A stretch of DNA of 64,000 nt from contig JAJDUB010000070.1 in NCBI GenBank assembly GCA_022826885.1, positions 49,379 through 113,378 of the forward strand, read 5' to 3'. The translations under genes were made by a program, and so were the position numbers. A model generated the notes under the pieces. The model saw only the letters and a program-made list of their open reading frames with translations, made no database searches and was not told the origin of the DNA. The stretch's first letter is position 1. Each line of letters opens with the position of its first letter. The DNA comes from Gammaproteobacteria bacterium. GTDB taxonomy: Bacteria; Pseudomonadota; Gammaproteobacteria; Eutrophobiales; Eutrophobiaceae. Positions 18,983-28,440 of this stretch are shown here, in pieces.

Positions 18983-20209
18983 ATGTCGGAAGTAAACATA
19001 CAGGACCTGGTCGACAGCCATGTAACCGGCCATACGCTGCAACAGCCCTTTTACGGCGACCCGGATGTGTTTTCGATAGATCGGAAGAGAGTCCTGGACC
19101 GGTTATGGCACCTGGCCGGCCATGTTTCCAGGATTCCTGCCGCCGGGGATTATTTCCTGTTCAGGGTCTGCGGGGAAGAAATCATTATCGTACGCGGCAG
19201 GGATGGCGACATCCATGCCCACTACAATGTCTGCCGCCACCGGGGTTCAAGGGTATGTCTGGACAGTGAGGGGAGAAAATCCGCGCTGGTCTGTCCCTAC
19301 CATGCCTGGACCTATAACCTGGACGGCAGCTTGCGCAGCGCGCGCTTGATGCCCGAAGGTTTTTCCACGGAAGGGTACGGCCTGCACGCCTGCCGCATCA
19401 AGGTGCTTGGCGGCCTGATTTTTGTGTGCCCGGGGGATGAGCCTGACGAACCCGACGGCCTGGACGATGCGTGTCGTGAATACCTGTCCTTTCACGGAAT
19501 GGAAAATGCAAAGATCGCACGGCGGTTGGAACTGCCGACCCGCGCCAACTGGAAACTGGTGGTGGAGAATTTTATCGAATGTTATCACTGCGTCCCGGCT
19601 CACCCGGAATACTGTTCCGTGCATTCGGAACTGAAATTGCTGGCTGCCGGTGCGGGTATGGGCTCCGGACCCGAAGCGGCGTGCCGGGACTATGCGGTGG
19701 AACTCGATGCCTGGAGGACTCAGGTTGAGGCATTAGGGCATCCCTGCCTGGAGGGTACCTTCGATCATGGCGCGGGGATGACCCGGATGCCAATCAAGGA
19801 AGGATTTTTAACCGAAAGTCAGGATGGCCGGCCCGTTTCGACCTTGATGGGGAAGTTCAGGGAGTACGACGGGGGTGTGACCTATATGGCGTTCAATTAT
19901 TTGAACTACCTGCTCGCATCCAATGACCATGCCGTGCTATTACGGTTTACCCCCATATCTGAACTGCTCACGGATGTGGAAGCCACGTGGCTGGTGGATG
20001 CCGGCGCAGAAGAAGGGGTGGATTATGTACCTGAGCGCGTGTCCTGGGTATGGGACGTCACGTTAAAACAGGATGCGATAATCACGGAAAATAACCAGGC
20101 AGGGATCTTATCTTCTCACTATCAACCGGGACCCTATTCCGGGCAGGAAGTGATGAATCGTGAATTCACCCGCTGGTATCTGGATAAATTAAGCGAGCAG
20201 ACGCAGTGA
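18983..20209 (+). CDS. Rieske non-heme iron oxygenase alpha subunit (GbcA/Stc2/choline monooxygenase-like group)
   Basis: Rieske motifs CRHRG...CPYHAW, mononuclear Fe motif NWKLVVENFIECYHCVPAHP, C-terminal QD...ENNQAG...PGPYS. Confidence 0.88.
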   Translation: MSEVNIQDLVDSHVTGHTLQQPFYGDPDVFSIDRKRVLDRLWHLAGHVSRIPAAGDYFLFRVCGEEIIIVRGRDGDIHAHYNVCRHRGSRVCLDSEGRKSALVCPYHAWTYNLDGSLRSARLMPEGFSTEGYGLHACRIKVLGGLIFVCPGDEPDEPDGLDDACREYLSFHGMENAKIARRLELPTRANWKLVVENFIECYHCVPAHPEYCSVHSELKLLAAGAGMGSGPEAACRDYAVELDAWRTQVEALGHPCLEGTFDHGAGMTRMPIKEGFLTESQDGRPVSTLMGKFREYDGGVTYMAFNYLNYLLASNDHAVLLRFTPISELLTDVEATWLVDAGAEEGVDYVPERVSWVWDVTLKQDAIITENNQAGILSSHYQPGPYSGQEVMNREFTRWYLDKLSEQTQ

Positions 20210-20243
20210 TTATGATATTGGCGAGAGATGAGGGAAAGGTTGC

Positions 20244-21455
20244 TTGATCTTTTTACCCAAAGATTACCACGATCCTGAACCTGTTGATGTCAACGCCCCC
20301 GCGACACGCTGGCTGACCTACCTGATTTTTGCAACCAGCCTCACTGTCTACTATATGTTGCCCATCTGGGCAGGCGTATTCACTGAGGTATTTAGTTTTA
20401 ACAGTAGACAGGTCGGTCTGTTGTTATCAGCTGACATGACGGCCAATACCATCGCCGCGTTCAGCGCCCGCTACTGGATACATCGCTGCCACTGGCGCAG
20501 GGTGTTTCCCTTCGCCGTGTTGTTAACCGTCATTCCAAATCTGCTGTGTGGTATGGCGGAAAGTTTTGAAGTGTTCCTGGCGTATCGTTATGTGGCCGGA
20601 TTGGGTGCGGGAATGATGGGTGTATTCATGTATGCCACCATACGCGCGGCGAAGAATCCGGACCGGGAGTTTGCCTATGCCATGGCATTGCAGGTATTTG
20701 TCGGCGCGCTGTGCCTGAATGGCGCGTCCTGGCTGTGGATGACATGGAGCGCGGCATCAGTTTTCATCATGACCGGGCTGGTAGCTCTTTTACCCATGAT
20801 GTGCTACCACGCCCTACCACGCTCAAATCCTTTAACGGGAAACCCCGGTAGTGACAATAAGCTGAGCAATTCGTCTGCCGTGATAAGCCGCACTGCCTTA
20901 TTCGGCTTAATGGCGGTTGGATTATTCTTTGCGTCCATGAACAGCATCTGGTCGTTCATGGAACGGCTGGGGGATGCCGAAGGGTTCGCGACGGAATTTA
21001 TTGCATTTACCCTGTCCATCTCCCTGCTGTTCAGTTTCGCTGGCGCCCTGGTCCCTGCATGGTTGGCCGGTCGGATGAAGCGTATCATAACTATCTCAGT
21101 CGGTTATGTGTGTTTATTCGTCGCCATTTTCGCAATTGGCCGGCATCCTGCAGCCACAACCTATCTGGCGGCGCTATGCGTCTACAATTTTTTTTACAGT
21201 TTTGTTATCCCGTTTCAGAACGGCTGGGTAGCCAGTCTCGATCGGAGCGGACGTACTATTGTTCTTTTACCCGTACTACAGGGTATCGGTATTGCTACCG
21301 GGCCGGTACTGGCTGGACTTGTAGTAGTTGATAATCACTATGCCAATGTTATCCATGTCAGTATGATCCTGCTGTTGCTCAGTTATTTGCTGTTTTTCCA
21401 CATGCATAAACGAACGCAAGTCATACCTGCCGGTCCAGGGGCAGGCAAACCATGA
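20244..21455 (+). CDS. MFS transporter
   Basis: About 12 hydrophobic helices; TTG start; last gene of the + strand operon. Confidence 0.75.
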   Translation: MIFLPKDYHDPEPVDVNAPATRWLTYLIFATSLTVYYMLPIWAGVFTEVFSFNSRQVGLLLSADMTANTIAAFSARYWIHRCHWRRVFPFAVLLTVIPNLLCGMAESFEVFLAYRYVAGLGAGMMGVFMYATIRAAKNPDREFAYAMALQVFVGALCLNGASWLWMTWSAASVFIMTGLVALLPMMCYHALPRSNPLTGNPGSDNKLSNSSAVISRTALFGLMAVGLFFASMNSIWSFMERLGDAEGFATEFIAFTLSISLLFSFAGALVPAWLAGRMKRIITISVGYVCLFVAIFAIGRHPAATTYLAALCVYNFFYSFVIPFQNGWVASLDRSGRTIVLLPVLQGIGIATGPVLAGLVVVDNHYANVIHVSMILLLLSYLLFFHMHKRTQVIPAGPGAGKP

Positions 21456-22554
21456 TGAGCAGCGGGATTGCGACGATACCGCCCAGGGCCGCCAGCCAGC
21501 CGACCGCGGCCAGGCCGAACGCCTCGACTACCATGCCGCCGGCGAACCCGCCGGCGCCGAAACTGAAGATCTCTACTGCCACCACCGCGGCGGACAGGCG
21601 CCCACTGCTTTCCAGGGCCGCGCCAGTACCGATCAAAAACGGTATGAACAACGCCTGGAACACCTGAAAGCTCAGCAGGCAGATCACATAGACAACAGCG
21701 ATGCCGGGATTGGCCATGAAATAGCAACAGATGGCGACCAGTACCGTACAGACGACAAAAGGCAGCGTCCTGCCGTAGCGCGTGCCCAGCCAGCCCGCAA
21801 ACAGTGAACCGGCAATGGACGCAATCATGGTGCAGGCAAAATAAAACCCGATCTCATGGCTTGTCAGGTTAACGGCCAGTCCCATGCGCTCGCCGAAGGC
21901 CCAGGCCGCGCCCATACCGATCATCAGGAATACCTCGGCGGTAAACAGTAGAAAAGCGGCTACGCTTAATATGGCATCCGGCCCGGCGGCGGCCCTTTTT
22001 TTCTTCTTCAGCGGTGTATCGGGCAGGGCAAAAAGCAACGGTATGCACACCAGAACGACGATAGCCAGGCTCAGGAAAACGCCTTTATGGTACCCGTACC
22101 CGGTCATATACGGCGAAGCCAGGTAGAGCGCGCCGCCTACCAGGTAAACCAGTCCGAACGCATAGCCGGCGGTACGCTCTGGCTCCCTGAAATTCGCAGC
22201 AATAGTTACCGTTGCCGCCGCATTGGCGAGACCCGCGCCAAAACCGACGAGACAACGCAATGCCGTCAAAACGCCGTACCCGGTAACCAGTGCGGAGGCT
22301 ACCTGGCCTGCTACTATCAGGGCAGCGCCAATCAGCGCGTATCTCAGCGCCGACGTTTTCAAGGGGTTAATCGCAACGAATATGAGACCGGCCCCCAGCG
22401 CGGAAAATTCCAGTGTCGCCAGAAAACCGATTGCGGCCTCCCCCAGGCCCAAGCCGTCGATCATGGCCCCGATCTGCACCGGCATCAACAGCAGGCCGAG
22501 GACACTGATAAACTTGCCGGTAGCTACCGCCAGGAATAATTTGTCAGTCCGCAT
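21421..22554 (-). CDS. MFS transporter
   Basis: About 12 TM helices, GWLGTRYGR loop motif; 3' end overlaps the convergent MFS gene by 35 bp. Confidence 0.8.
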   Translation of the reverse strand: MRTDKLFLAVATGKFISVLGLLLMPVQIGAMIDGLGLGEAAIGFLATLEFSALGAGLIFVAINPLKTSALRYALIGAALIVAGQVASALVTGYGVLTALRCLVGFGAGLANAAATVTIAANFREPERTAGYAFGLVYLVGGALYLASPYMTGYGYHKGVFLSLAIVVLVCIPLLFALPDTPLKKKKRAAAGPDAILSVAAFLLFTAEVFLMIGMGAAWAFGERMGLAVNLTSHEIGFYFACTMIASIAGSLFAGWLGTRYGRTLPFVVCTVLVAICCYFMANPGIAVVYVICLLSFQVFQALFIPFLIGTGAALESSGRLSAAVVAVEIFSFGAGGFAGGMVVEAFGLAAVGWLAALGGIVAIPLLIMVCLPLDRQV

Positions 22555-22564
22555 ATTTTAATAA

Positions 22565-23344
22565 TTAATAAATTAAATGCTTGTCGGGCAGCAACTGACC
22601 TATCCTCTGCGCTACATTGAATAATTCAGGCAGGTAGTTATCGATATTCCGGTCGTTGATGCGGGCTACATTGCCACCGAAAGTTACTGCAGCGATCGGA
22701 TGTTTATCAACGTTGAAAATCGGCGCCGCCAGCGTATACAGGCCGACTTCGAGTTCTCCGTCAACACGGGCATATCCCTGCCGCTTTACCAGTTCCAGTT
22801 CCTTGATTAAATCCGCTCGGGTGGCAATCGACTTCGGCGTGTAGCGCTTGAGCCTGACATTCCCCAGGTACGCATCGAGTTTTTCCGTGTCCTGGTGCGC
22901 CAGCATCACCCTTCCGGCAGCCGAAATACAGGCCGGCATGTGTGTCCCGGGATAAAACGTCACCTGGTCGAAACGATCGAACGAGCTGTGGGCTATACTG
23001 ACAATATCCTGACCATCCAGTACCGAGATCGCGCACGTTTCCCCAACCTTCTTGCTTGCGGCATTGATAATCGGTTGGACCACATCGCCAATCTGCATGG
23101 AAGCCAGGTAAGAAAAACCCAGGTCGAGCATTTTTGGCGACAACCGGAACCACTTGCCGTCGCTGGCCACATACCCCAGGGAAGTCAGGGTCAATAGTAC
23201 CCTCCTGGCCGTCGCCCGCGTCAAACCGGTTTTTGCGGCCACGTCCGCCGGAGACATTTCAACATCTTCAGCGTCAAACGCCGTGATGACTTTCATGCAG
23301 CGTGCGATTGAGCCGATGAAGTCTTTCGAGTCTTTTGAAATCAT
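22565..23344 (-). CDS. IclR-family regulator, PcaR/PcaU/PobR-like
   Basis: SIARCMKVITAF...GLTRATARRVLLTLTSLGYV...FRLSPKMLDLGFSYL HTH; GYARVDGELEVG effector-domain motif. Confidence 0.9.
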   Translation of the reverse strand: MISKDSKDFIGSIARCMKVITAFDAEDVEMSPADVAAKTGLTRATARRVLLTLTSLGYVASDGKWFRLSPKMLDLGFSYLASMQIGDVVQPIINAASKKVGETCAISVLDGQDIVSIAHSSFDRFDQVTFYPGTHMPACISAAGRVMLAHQDTEKLDAYLGNVRLKRYTPKSIATRADLIKELELVKRQGYARVDGELEVGLYTLAAPIFNVDKHPIAAVTFGGNVARINDRNIDNYLPELFNVAQRIGQLLPDKHLIY

Positions 23345-23410
23345 GTAATCAGATGGTGAGAGTGGTGGTTTTCGGATTTTATTCTATTTAGACACGGGCC
23401 TTAATTCGGA

Positions 23411-25456
23411 TTACTCCACCATTGCCTTCAACAGGGCATCCCTACCATCGGAATAAAATTGAATGTCAATTTTGGTAGCCATGTCATCGGACAAATCATA
23501 GAGTTGCCGACGGCAAGTAACTGGTATCAATAGTGCGGACGCACCTTTTTCAACCGCAGTCTCGGCAATCGTAACGGGGTTGTGAACAGGCTCGATAGAG
23601 CCACCCAGATTAATTTCTCCAACGATGATGAGACCTCCACGCACGCTTTTCTTCAATAAAGCAGTACATAGCGCGATGAGTGATGCCATGCCGAGTTTCG
23701 TACCGGACTTGGACGCATCGAAGGCTCGGAGTTGCGCAGTGAATTCGTGGTGTCGAGGTTCCTTGTCGCCGACCAATTGCATTGACCGCGCGTAAAGGTT
23801 TTGCTCGGCGTAGCCCATACTTTCCCTGAAGGCGGGGGGCACGGGCTTGTTGAGTATCTTGACACCAGTGCCCGGGCCTTCATTGATCTCAATGCGGTAG
23901 AGCCCCGGGTGTTCTTCACCGCCACCCGGCGAGATGGTCCAGACCTGACCCGGTTCAATGGGATCGCTGCCAATGCTGTTTTCGCTTTGCAGTTCCGGCG
24001 TCGAGACAAACTTTTCCACGCCATCGTCGCCCATTGCGTAGCTGAAGTGGGTGTTACGGAATTCCGCCGCGCCGATGCGTTTCTGCTGTTCTTTGACGCG
24101 ACGTCTTGCCTCCATGGCGATATGGACGGCCCACTCGATGTCCTCGTCGGCCACCTCGCCCTCGCCGGGATGGAGAAGCTTGAGTAGCCCACTCACAGTT
24201 TTGTTGACCGCATTTGTATCGCGGCCCGACAGAGCGCCACCGAAAAACACCCGGCCTTGCAGTACACCGACACGGCTTTGATTGCGGAGTTGACTCCAGC
24301 ACTCGGACAAGAAATCGCTCACAAGACCGAAGTGATTCGTCAAAAGCTCCCTGCTGATTTTGGGCACATCCCAGCCAGGCACATATGCGTGGATTCGATC
24401 CATGAATGCTGTGTCGTCTTTCATCTCGGGGGGCATGGGGCCAAACAGGTGACCAATGCGCTGCTGGTGTTCAACATCCACATCGAAGTTCCCAACCAGG
24501 ACGATGCTGCCATCGGCACGGATGCTTTCCTTGCCACGGCTGAATTCGCCGGCCTCCATGTATCCCTTCAGGATGTTCACACCATCTTTCTGATCGAAGG
24601 AGATGCCGGACACCTCATCGAAGCAGACCACATCGTATTGGCAGACCAATCCGCGCTGGCCGGTTGCGTTGTTGACGAACAATTTGGCAACTGTTGCTTT
24701 GCCACCGGAAATCAAGTGAGCATACGGAGAAACCTGCTGGAAGAGATGGCTTTTGCCAGTTCCCCTGGGCCCGAGTTCCACCAGGTTGTAATTTCTCTCG
24801 ACAAAAGGAACCATTCGCAGTATCAAGACATCGCGTTGCCGCAAAGATAATCCATTTGGCTCAATGCCGACGGAGCGAAGCAGAAACTCAATCCACTCAC
24901 CGGTAGTGAAGGACTTGCGGGTCTCTGCCAGGATATCGAGCACATCCCGTTTGGATAGCTGGATTTCCCGGAGCGACGCAACACCGAAGGGTCTTCCTTT
25001 ACTCTCCTGCGCGATAGACGCATCATAGTTCAGACTGATTTCGGCATAGAAGCCGCCTGTCAGCATCCGCTCATGTTCGTTCACCAGTTCGGGGCTGATG
25101 CGGACATCGGTCAGCCGCAAGCTCGGTAGTGTTGCGATGTAGGAGTCGGTTTTCGCATCCAAGCGAGCGGTAATGAGGTCGATGATTTTGATCTCGCCAT
25201 TTTCCCTGGTCCGGGCCTTGAAGAGTTCTTCTTCCCCGGCTTTGACCGTTCTTGATTTGAGTTGCCTTTGGACGATCTCAAGACCCTCATCGATCTCGTC
25301 CTGCTCGGTGCTGGCGCAATATCGGCCGAGTAGAAACTCGACTACGTACGTTGGCACCGGAAATTGACGGCTGAACGTTCGAACCAAATCCTTTCGAACT
25401 AAGTACCCGTCGAGCGAGGTAGCCGCCTTTTTGTCGATCTGGTCCATTTCAATCAT
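23411..25456 (-). CDS. brxL: BREX Lon-like AAA+ protein BrxL
   Basis: VPTYVVEFLLGRYC, NYNLVELGPRGTGKS Walker A, VVCFDEV Walker B, DTAFMDRIH; Lon-like C-terminus without the GPSAG catalytic motif. Confidence 0.93.
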   Translation of the reverse strand: MIEMDQIDKKAATSLDGYLVRKDLVRTFSRQFPVPTYVVEFLLGRYCASTEQDEIDEGLEIVQRQLKSRTVKAGEEELFKARTRENGEIKIIDLITARLDAKTDSYIATLPSLRLTDVRISPELVNEHERMLTGGFYAEISLNYDASIAQESKGRPFGVASLREIQLSKRDVLDILAETRKSFTTGEWIEFLLRSVGIEPNGLSLRQRDVLILRMVPFVERNYNLVELGPRGTGKSHLFQQVSPYAHLISGGKATVAKLFVNNATGQRGLVCQYDVVCFDEVSGISFDQKDGVNILKGYMEAGEFSRGKESIRADGSIVLVGNFDVDVEHQQRIGHLFGPMPPEMKDDTAFMDRIHAYVPGWDVPKISRELLTNHFGLVSDFLSECWSQLRNQSRVGVLQGRVFFGGALSGRDTNAVNKTVSGLLKLLHPGEGEVADEDIEWAVHIAMEARRRVKEQQKRIGAAEFRNTHFSYAMGDDGVEKFVSTPELQSENSIGSDPIEPGQVWTISPGGGEEHPGLYRIEINEGPGTGVKILNKPVPPAFRESMGYAEQNLYARSMQLVGDKEPRHHEFTAQLRAFDASKSGTKLGMASLIALCTALLKKSVRGGLIIVGEINLGGSIEPVHNPVTIAETAVEKGASALLIPVTCRRQLYDLSDDMATKIDIQFYSDGRDALLKAMVE

Positions 25457-27798
25457 GAATTATCTCCACCTATTACCGTGGCGATTTGCGCAACCAGCGA
25501 TCCATCAGTATCAATCAGTACAACTGTTGCTTCACGCCCCTCCATGTCCTCGTTCTCGACGACCACGGAGGCTGTTCCCTTGTCTTGAAGGAGCTTAACG
25601 CCGACGACCACACTGGATGAAGAATTGCCGGCTTGGCTGCGAACATCAAGTGATAAGTCCGAGAAGTTGCCATCCACGGCAACAGTGCAGCGCAAACCTT
25701 TCCACACCACGTCCGTAAATTCGACAGATGCCGCTGCCTGGGCAGATGCGCCTCGCGTTACCGTCAACTGCAGTGTCAGGCACTCTTGCAGGCTCAGGCC
25801 GCCATGGGTGTACTCTTCCCCTTTCTTGAAACAGCACACGCCATCAGCGAGGGCAAAATACTGGTTTGGATTCCAATACCATGGATAAAGCCGCTCCTCG
25901 GTCGAGGCGCCCGGCTTCAATGAGGCGCAGCGTCCCCATTTGCTTTCCACCAGTGCGCTGGGAAGTTCGATTTTTGGCAATCCTCCAGGTAGCAACAACC
26001 AGCCGTGATCCGTCACAACCCTAACGCGCTTCCAACCTGCCGCCAACAGTCCCATGATACGGTCTCTGATTTCCATAATCAGATCATCGATGTGCTTGGC
26101 TAGTTTCCATCCGCGGTCATGACCTTCGTGGTCGATGTTCCCAAATTCACACCATGCTCTGCCCTGGCCATCGCCATCAGTATAGTGTTCAAGGATCGAC
26201 CATCCCGCCTCGGTCAATAACTTCTTCAGATGGTAACCTCCCTTTAATGACTGACCGGTATCCGCTACCGAAGGCTCGAAATCAGGGCTGCCATCCACAT
26301 CCCGAATCTTGTCTCTCACTGGGGTAACTGCCGCCTTGCCTGTAGCAGTTACGCTAGGTAGGGCCGCCCAGGTCGGTTCCTCGGAGACCTCAAGCCCACA
26401 TGTATCCAGGTACTCGACCAGACGCTTTCCGGCATCGAAACGGAGTCCGTCGACGAACAGAACGCAGTCCCCGGGGCTGAAAGGCGTTTCCTTAACCGTC
26501 AGGTAGGTGCCTCCCGGGTAGGATGCGTTATCAACCAGTTTCTGGAGATAGCGGGCTGATTCTTCCACCCACGGCAAGTAAACGGATCGGATGGCGGTTG
26601 CCACGGCTTCAAAGTCAGCAGGACTATCCACCTGGGCCAAGGCCCGAATCACTCCGTCATCGACCCGCCACCCTTGACTGCGATAACCCGTTGCGAGATC
26701 GTCCACCGAACCTGCAGCAAGGCTGTTTTTCGTGCTTTCGGCAATGGTCGCCAAGTGTTCCAATGCGCAGGCCAAAGGGGCTTCGTCCAGTTCGGCCCAG
26801 ACCAAATCACGCCTGTGGCCGTGCTGTTTTTCCAACTCTTCAATCCTGGTTCTCGCTTCGTGCGGGGGCACTTTGTCAAGGGTCGTAAGTCTATGGCAAA
26901 GTTCTTTTTCTTGGATGTCATTCCATTGAGGCCAGCCCTCAGCCCCCTGCTCATCTTTGAACAGGTCAAATTCTGGCGGCTGACACCTTCTGATTTGAGC
27001 GGGGATGTTCGGATAGTGCTGAGGAGCCTCGCAGTAACGCTCCCAAACAGCCTGCCACGGGCCTTCGTGGTTTGCGAGCCTAGCGCTCCCGGCCAGAACG
27101 CCTTCGTTCCGGGGGTTGAAAGCCAGTTGGGATTTGCAGACCTCGACAAAGGCTTTCCATTCGTTCTCGCCACGACTTGCCTGGAAGGCATCCCCCTGAT
27201 CGAGCCATTGCAGCAGGTCGCGAATTGGGTCACCCGTCAACAGGGTGTTGAAGTAGTCCTTGTCCAGGCGCTTGCCTTTCAGTAAGGCGACATCCTCGTC
27301 AAGAAGCCGACGCAACGCAAGCTGCATTGCAATTTTGGCATCGTTGTCCTGGGCTACATCAAGCCCAAGCCCACCTTGATCTGATTTTAGATAGGCCAGG
27401 ACCGTCCAGTCCTTGGCATTTATTTGTGACCAGATCACGCCTCGGTATTGCAACTCGGCAAGCGGCTTCAAGTGATCCGGGCAGCTTTCGATTGCTCGCA
27501 GGTCCTGGCGGCTGACGCCTGGGAGATAAAAAATTGGCGTCCGGTCCTCAGGCGGAGATACATCCGGAACCTGACCGGCAATCACGCAACGTAACCAGAG
27601 GGCAGGCCCGATACGCTTTTCGGGCGCATAGTCACCCAGGGTCATGAGTTCAGGCAGTTCGGCCTGAAGAACGGGTATGGCAGCCTCCCACTGACGGTCA
27701 CGATCCGGCCAGAGAATACAGGCCGGAGCTACCTGAACCTCGGGATTGAAGACTGCGGCATCACGGACTGCTTTCAGGAGATGATCGAGCAATCTCAT
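25453..27798 (-). CDS. pglZ: BREX PglZ (alkaline phosphatase-like; type B-like)
   Basis: VLFVDGLRFD, AALPSVTATGK, NIDHEGH, VVTDHGW and YTHGGLSLQEC PglZ motifs; directly upstream of brxL (ATGA overlap). Confidence 0.92.
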   Translation of the reverse strand: MRLLDHLLKAVRDAAVFNPEVQVAPACILWPDRDRQWEAAIPVLQAELPELMTLGDYAPEKRIGPALWLRCVIAGQVPDVSPPEDRTPIFYLPGVSRQDLRAIESCPDHLKPLAELQYRGVIWSQINAKDWTVLAYLKSDQGGLGLDVAQDNDAKIAMQLALRRLLDEDVALLKGKRLDKDYFNTLLTGDPIRDLLQWLDQGDAFQASRGENEWKAFVEVCKSQLAFNPRNEGVLAGSARLANHEGPWQAVWERYCEAPQHYPNIPAQIRRCQPPEFDLFKDEQGAEGWPQWNDIQEKELCHRLTTLDKVPPHEARTRIEELEKQHGHRRDLVWAELDEAPLACALEHLATIAESTKNSLAAGSVDDLATGYRSQGWRVDDGVIRALAQVDSPADFEAVATAIRSVYLPWVEESARYLQKLVDNASYPGGTYLTVKETPFSPGDCVLFVDGLRFDAGKRLVEYLDTCGLEVSEEPTWAALPSVTATGKAAVTPVRDKIRDVDGSPDFEPSVADTGQSLKGGYHLKKLLTEAGWSILEHYTDGDGQGRAWCEFGNIDHEGHDRGWKLAKHIDDLIMEIRDRIMGLLAAGWKRVRVVTDHGWLLLPGGLPKIELPSALVESKWGRCASLKPGASTEERLYPWYWNPNQYFALADGVCCFKKGEEYTHGGLSLQECLTLQLTVTRGASAQAAASVEFTDVVWKGLRCTVAVDGNFSDLSLDVRSQAGNSSSSVVVGVKLLQDKGTASVVVENEDMEGREATVVLIDTDGSLVAQIATVIGGDNS

Positions 27799-27801
27799 GT
27801 G

Positions 27802-28440
27802 TTATCTCAAGGCTTCAAGTTGCTTTACCCAGGCATCAAACAACGGGCATTCTCCACGAATGATGTCCAGACCGATGTCCAGGGCAATCAGGGAGCCGTG
27901 AGCAACTTTATCATAGGCGTCACAGACTGCTAGGATTCGCTTGGAAGGGGCAGTATCCCGGTTGTCATTAATATGTTCTGGCGAAGCAAAATTATTCTTG
28001 ACACTATTTAATGTTTCTACAATATAGGCATCATCAAACCACTTGGCGAAAGCAGTGGGGTCACTAAACAGCAAACTTTCAAATTCATGCACTACAATAT
28101 TTGAAATGAAGTTACGCCGGTCTATGTCTTCCTTAAATGCACCTTCAACAGCTTTAGCTCTAGCGAACGAGTCTCCTGTTGACGTCATCGCCGGAAAGTC
28201 ACTGGGGAGTCCATAGAAATCCAGCATGGTTGTCACCCAGGCAGTGTTGTCCTCCTTACATTTTCTTTCAACTTGTCGTTTGATCTTGGCATAAGATGAA
28301 ACTCCTCCTTTTCCTTGTGGCCCCGTGCGAATTATGATTGGTGTAAGCCAGATATTCATACGCTGAAAATACGGCTGAAGAACTTCCCGAACGAATACAT
28401 CCTCGGTCTGCCCCTCGCAAAAAACATGCACACGGGTCAT
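27802..28440 (-). CDS. DUF4276 family TOPRIM-like protein
   Basis: RVHVFCEGQTE (TOPRIM-like Glu), MLDFYG, HEFESLLF, PEHIND...APSKRI and CPLFDAW; ATGA-coupled to the upstream ATPase. Confidence 0.8.
   Translation of the reverse strand: MTRVHVFCEGQTEDVFVREVLQPYFQRMNIWLTPIIIRTGPQGKGGVSSYAKIKRQVERKCKEDNTAWVTTMLDFYGLPSDFPAMTSTGDSFARAKAVEGAFKEDIDRRNFISNIVVHEFESLLFSDPTAFAKWFDDAYIVETLNSVKNNFASPEHINDNRDTAPSKRILAVCDAYDKVAHGSLIALDIGLDIIRGECPLFDAWVKQLEALR

Noticed and set aside
21421-21455. 35-bp convergent overlap of the two MFS genes
   Set aside because: Short tail-to-tail overlaps are common and both ORFs appear full length.
23411-25456. BrxL as an active Lon protease
   Set aside because: The GPSAG catalytic Ser motif is absent; BrxL is known as a DNA-binding AAA+ protein, so this is expected rather than novel.
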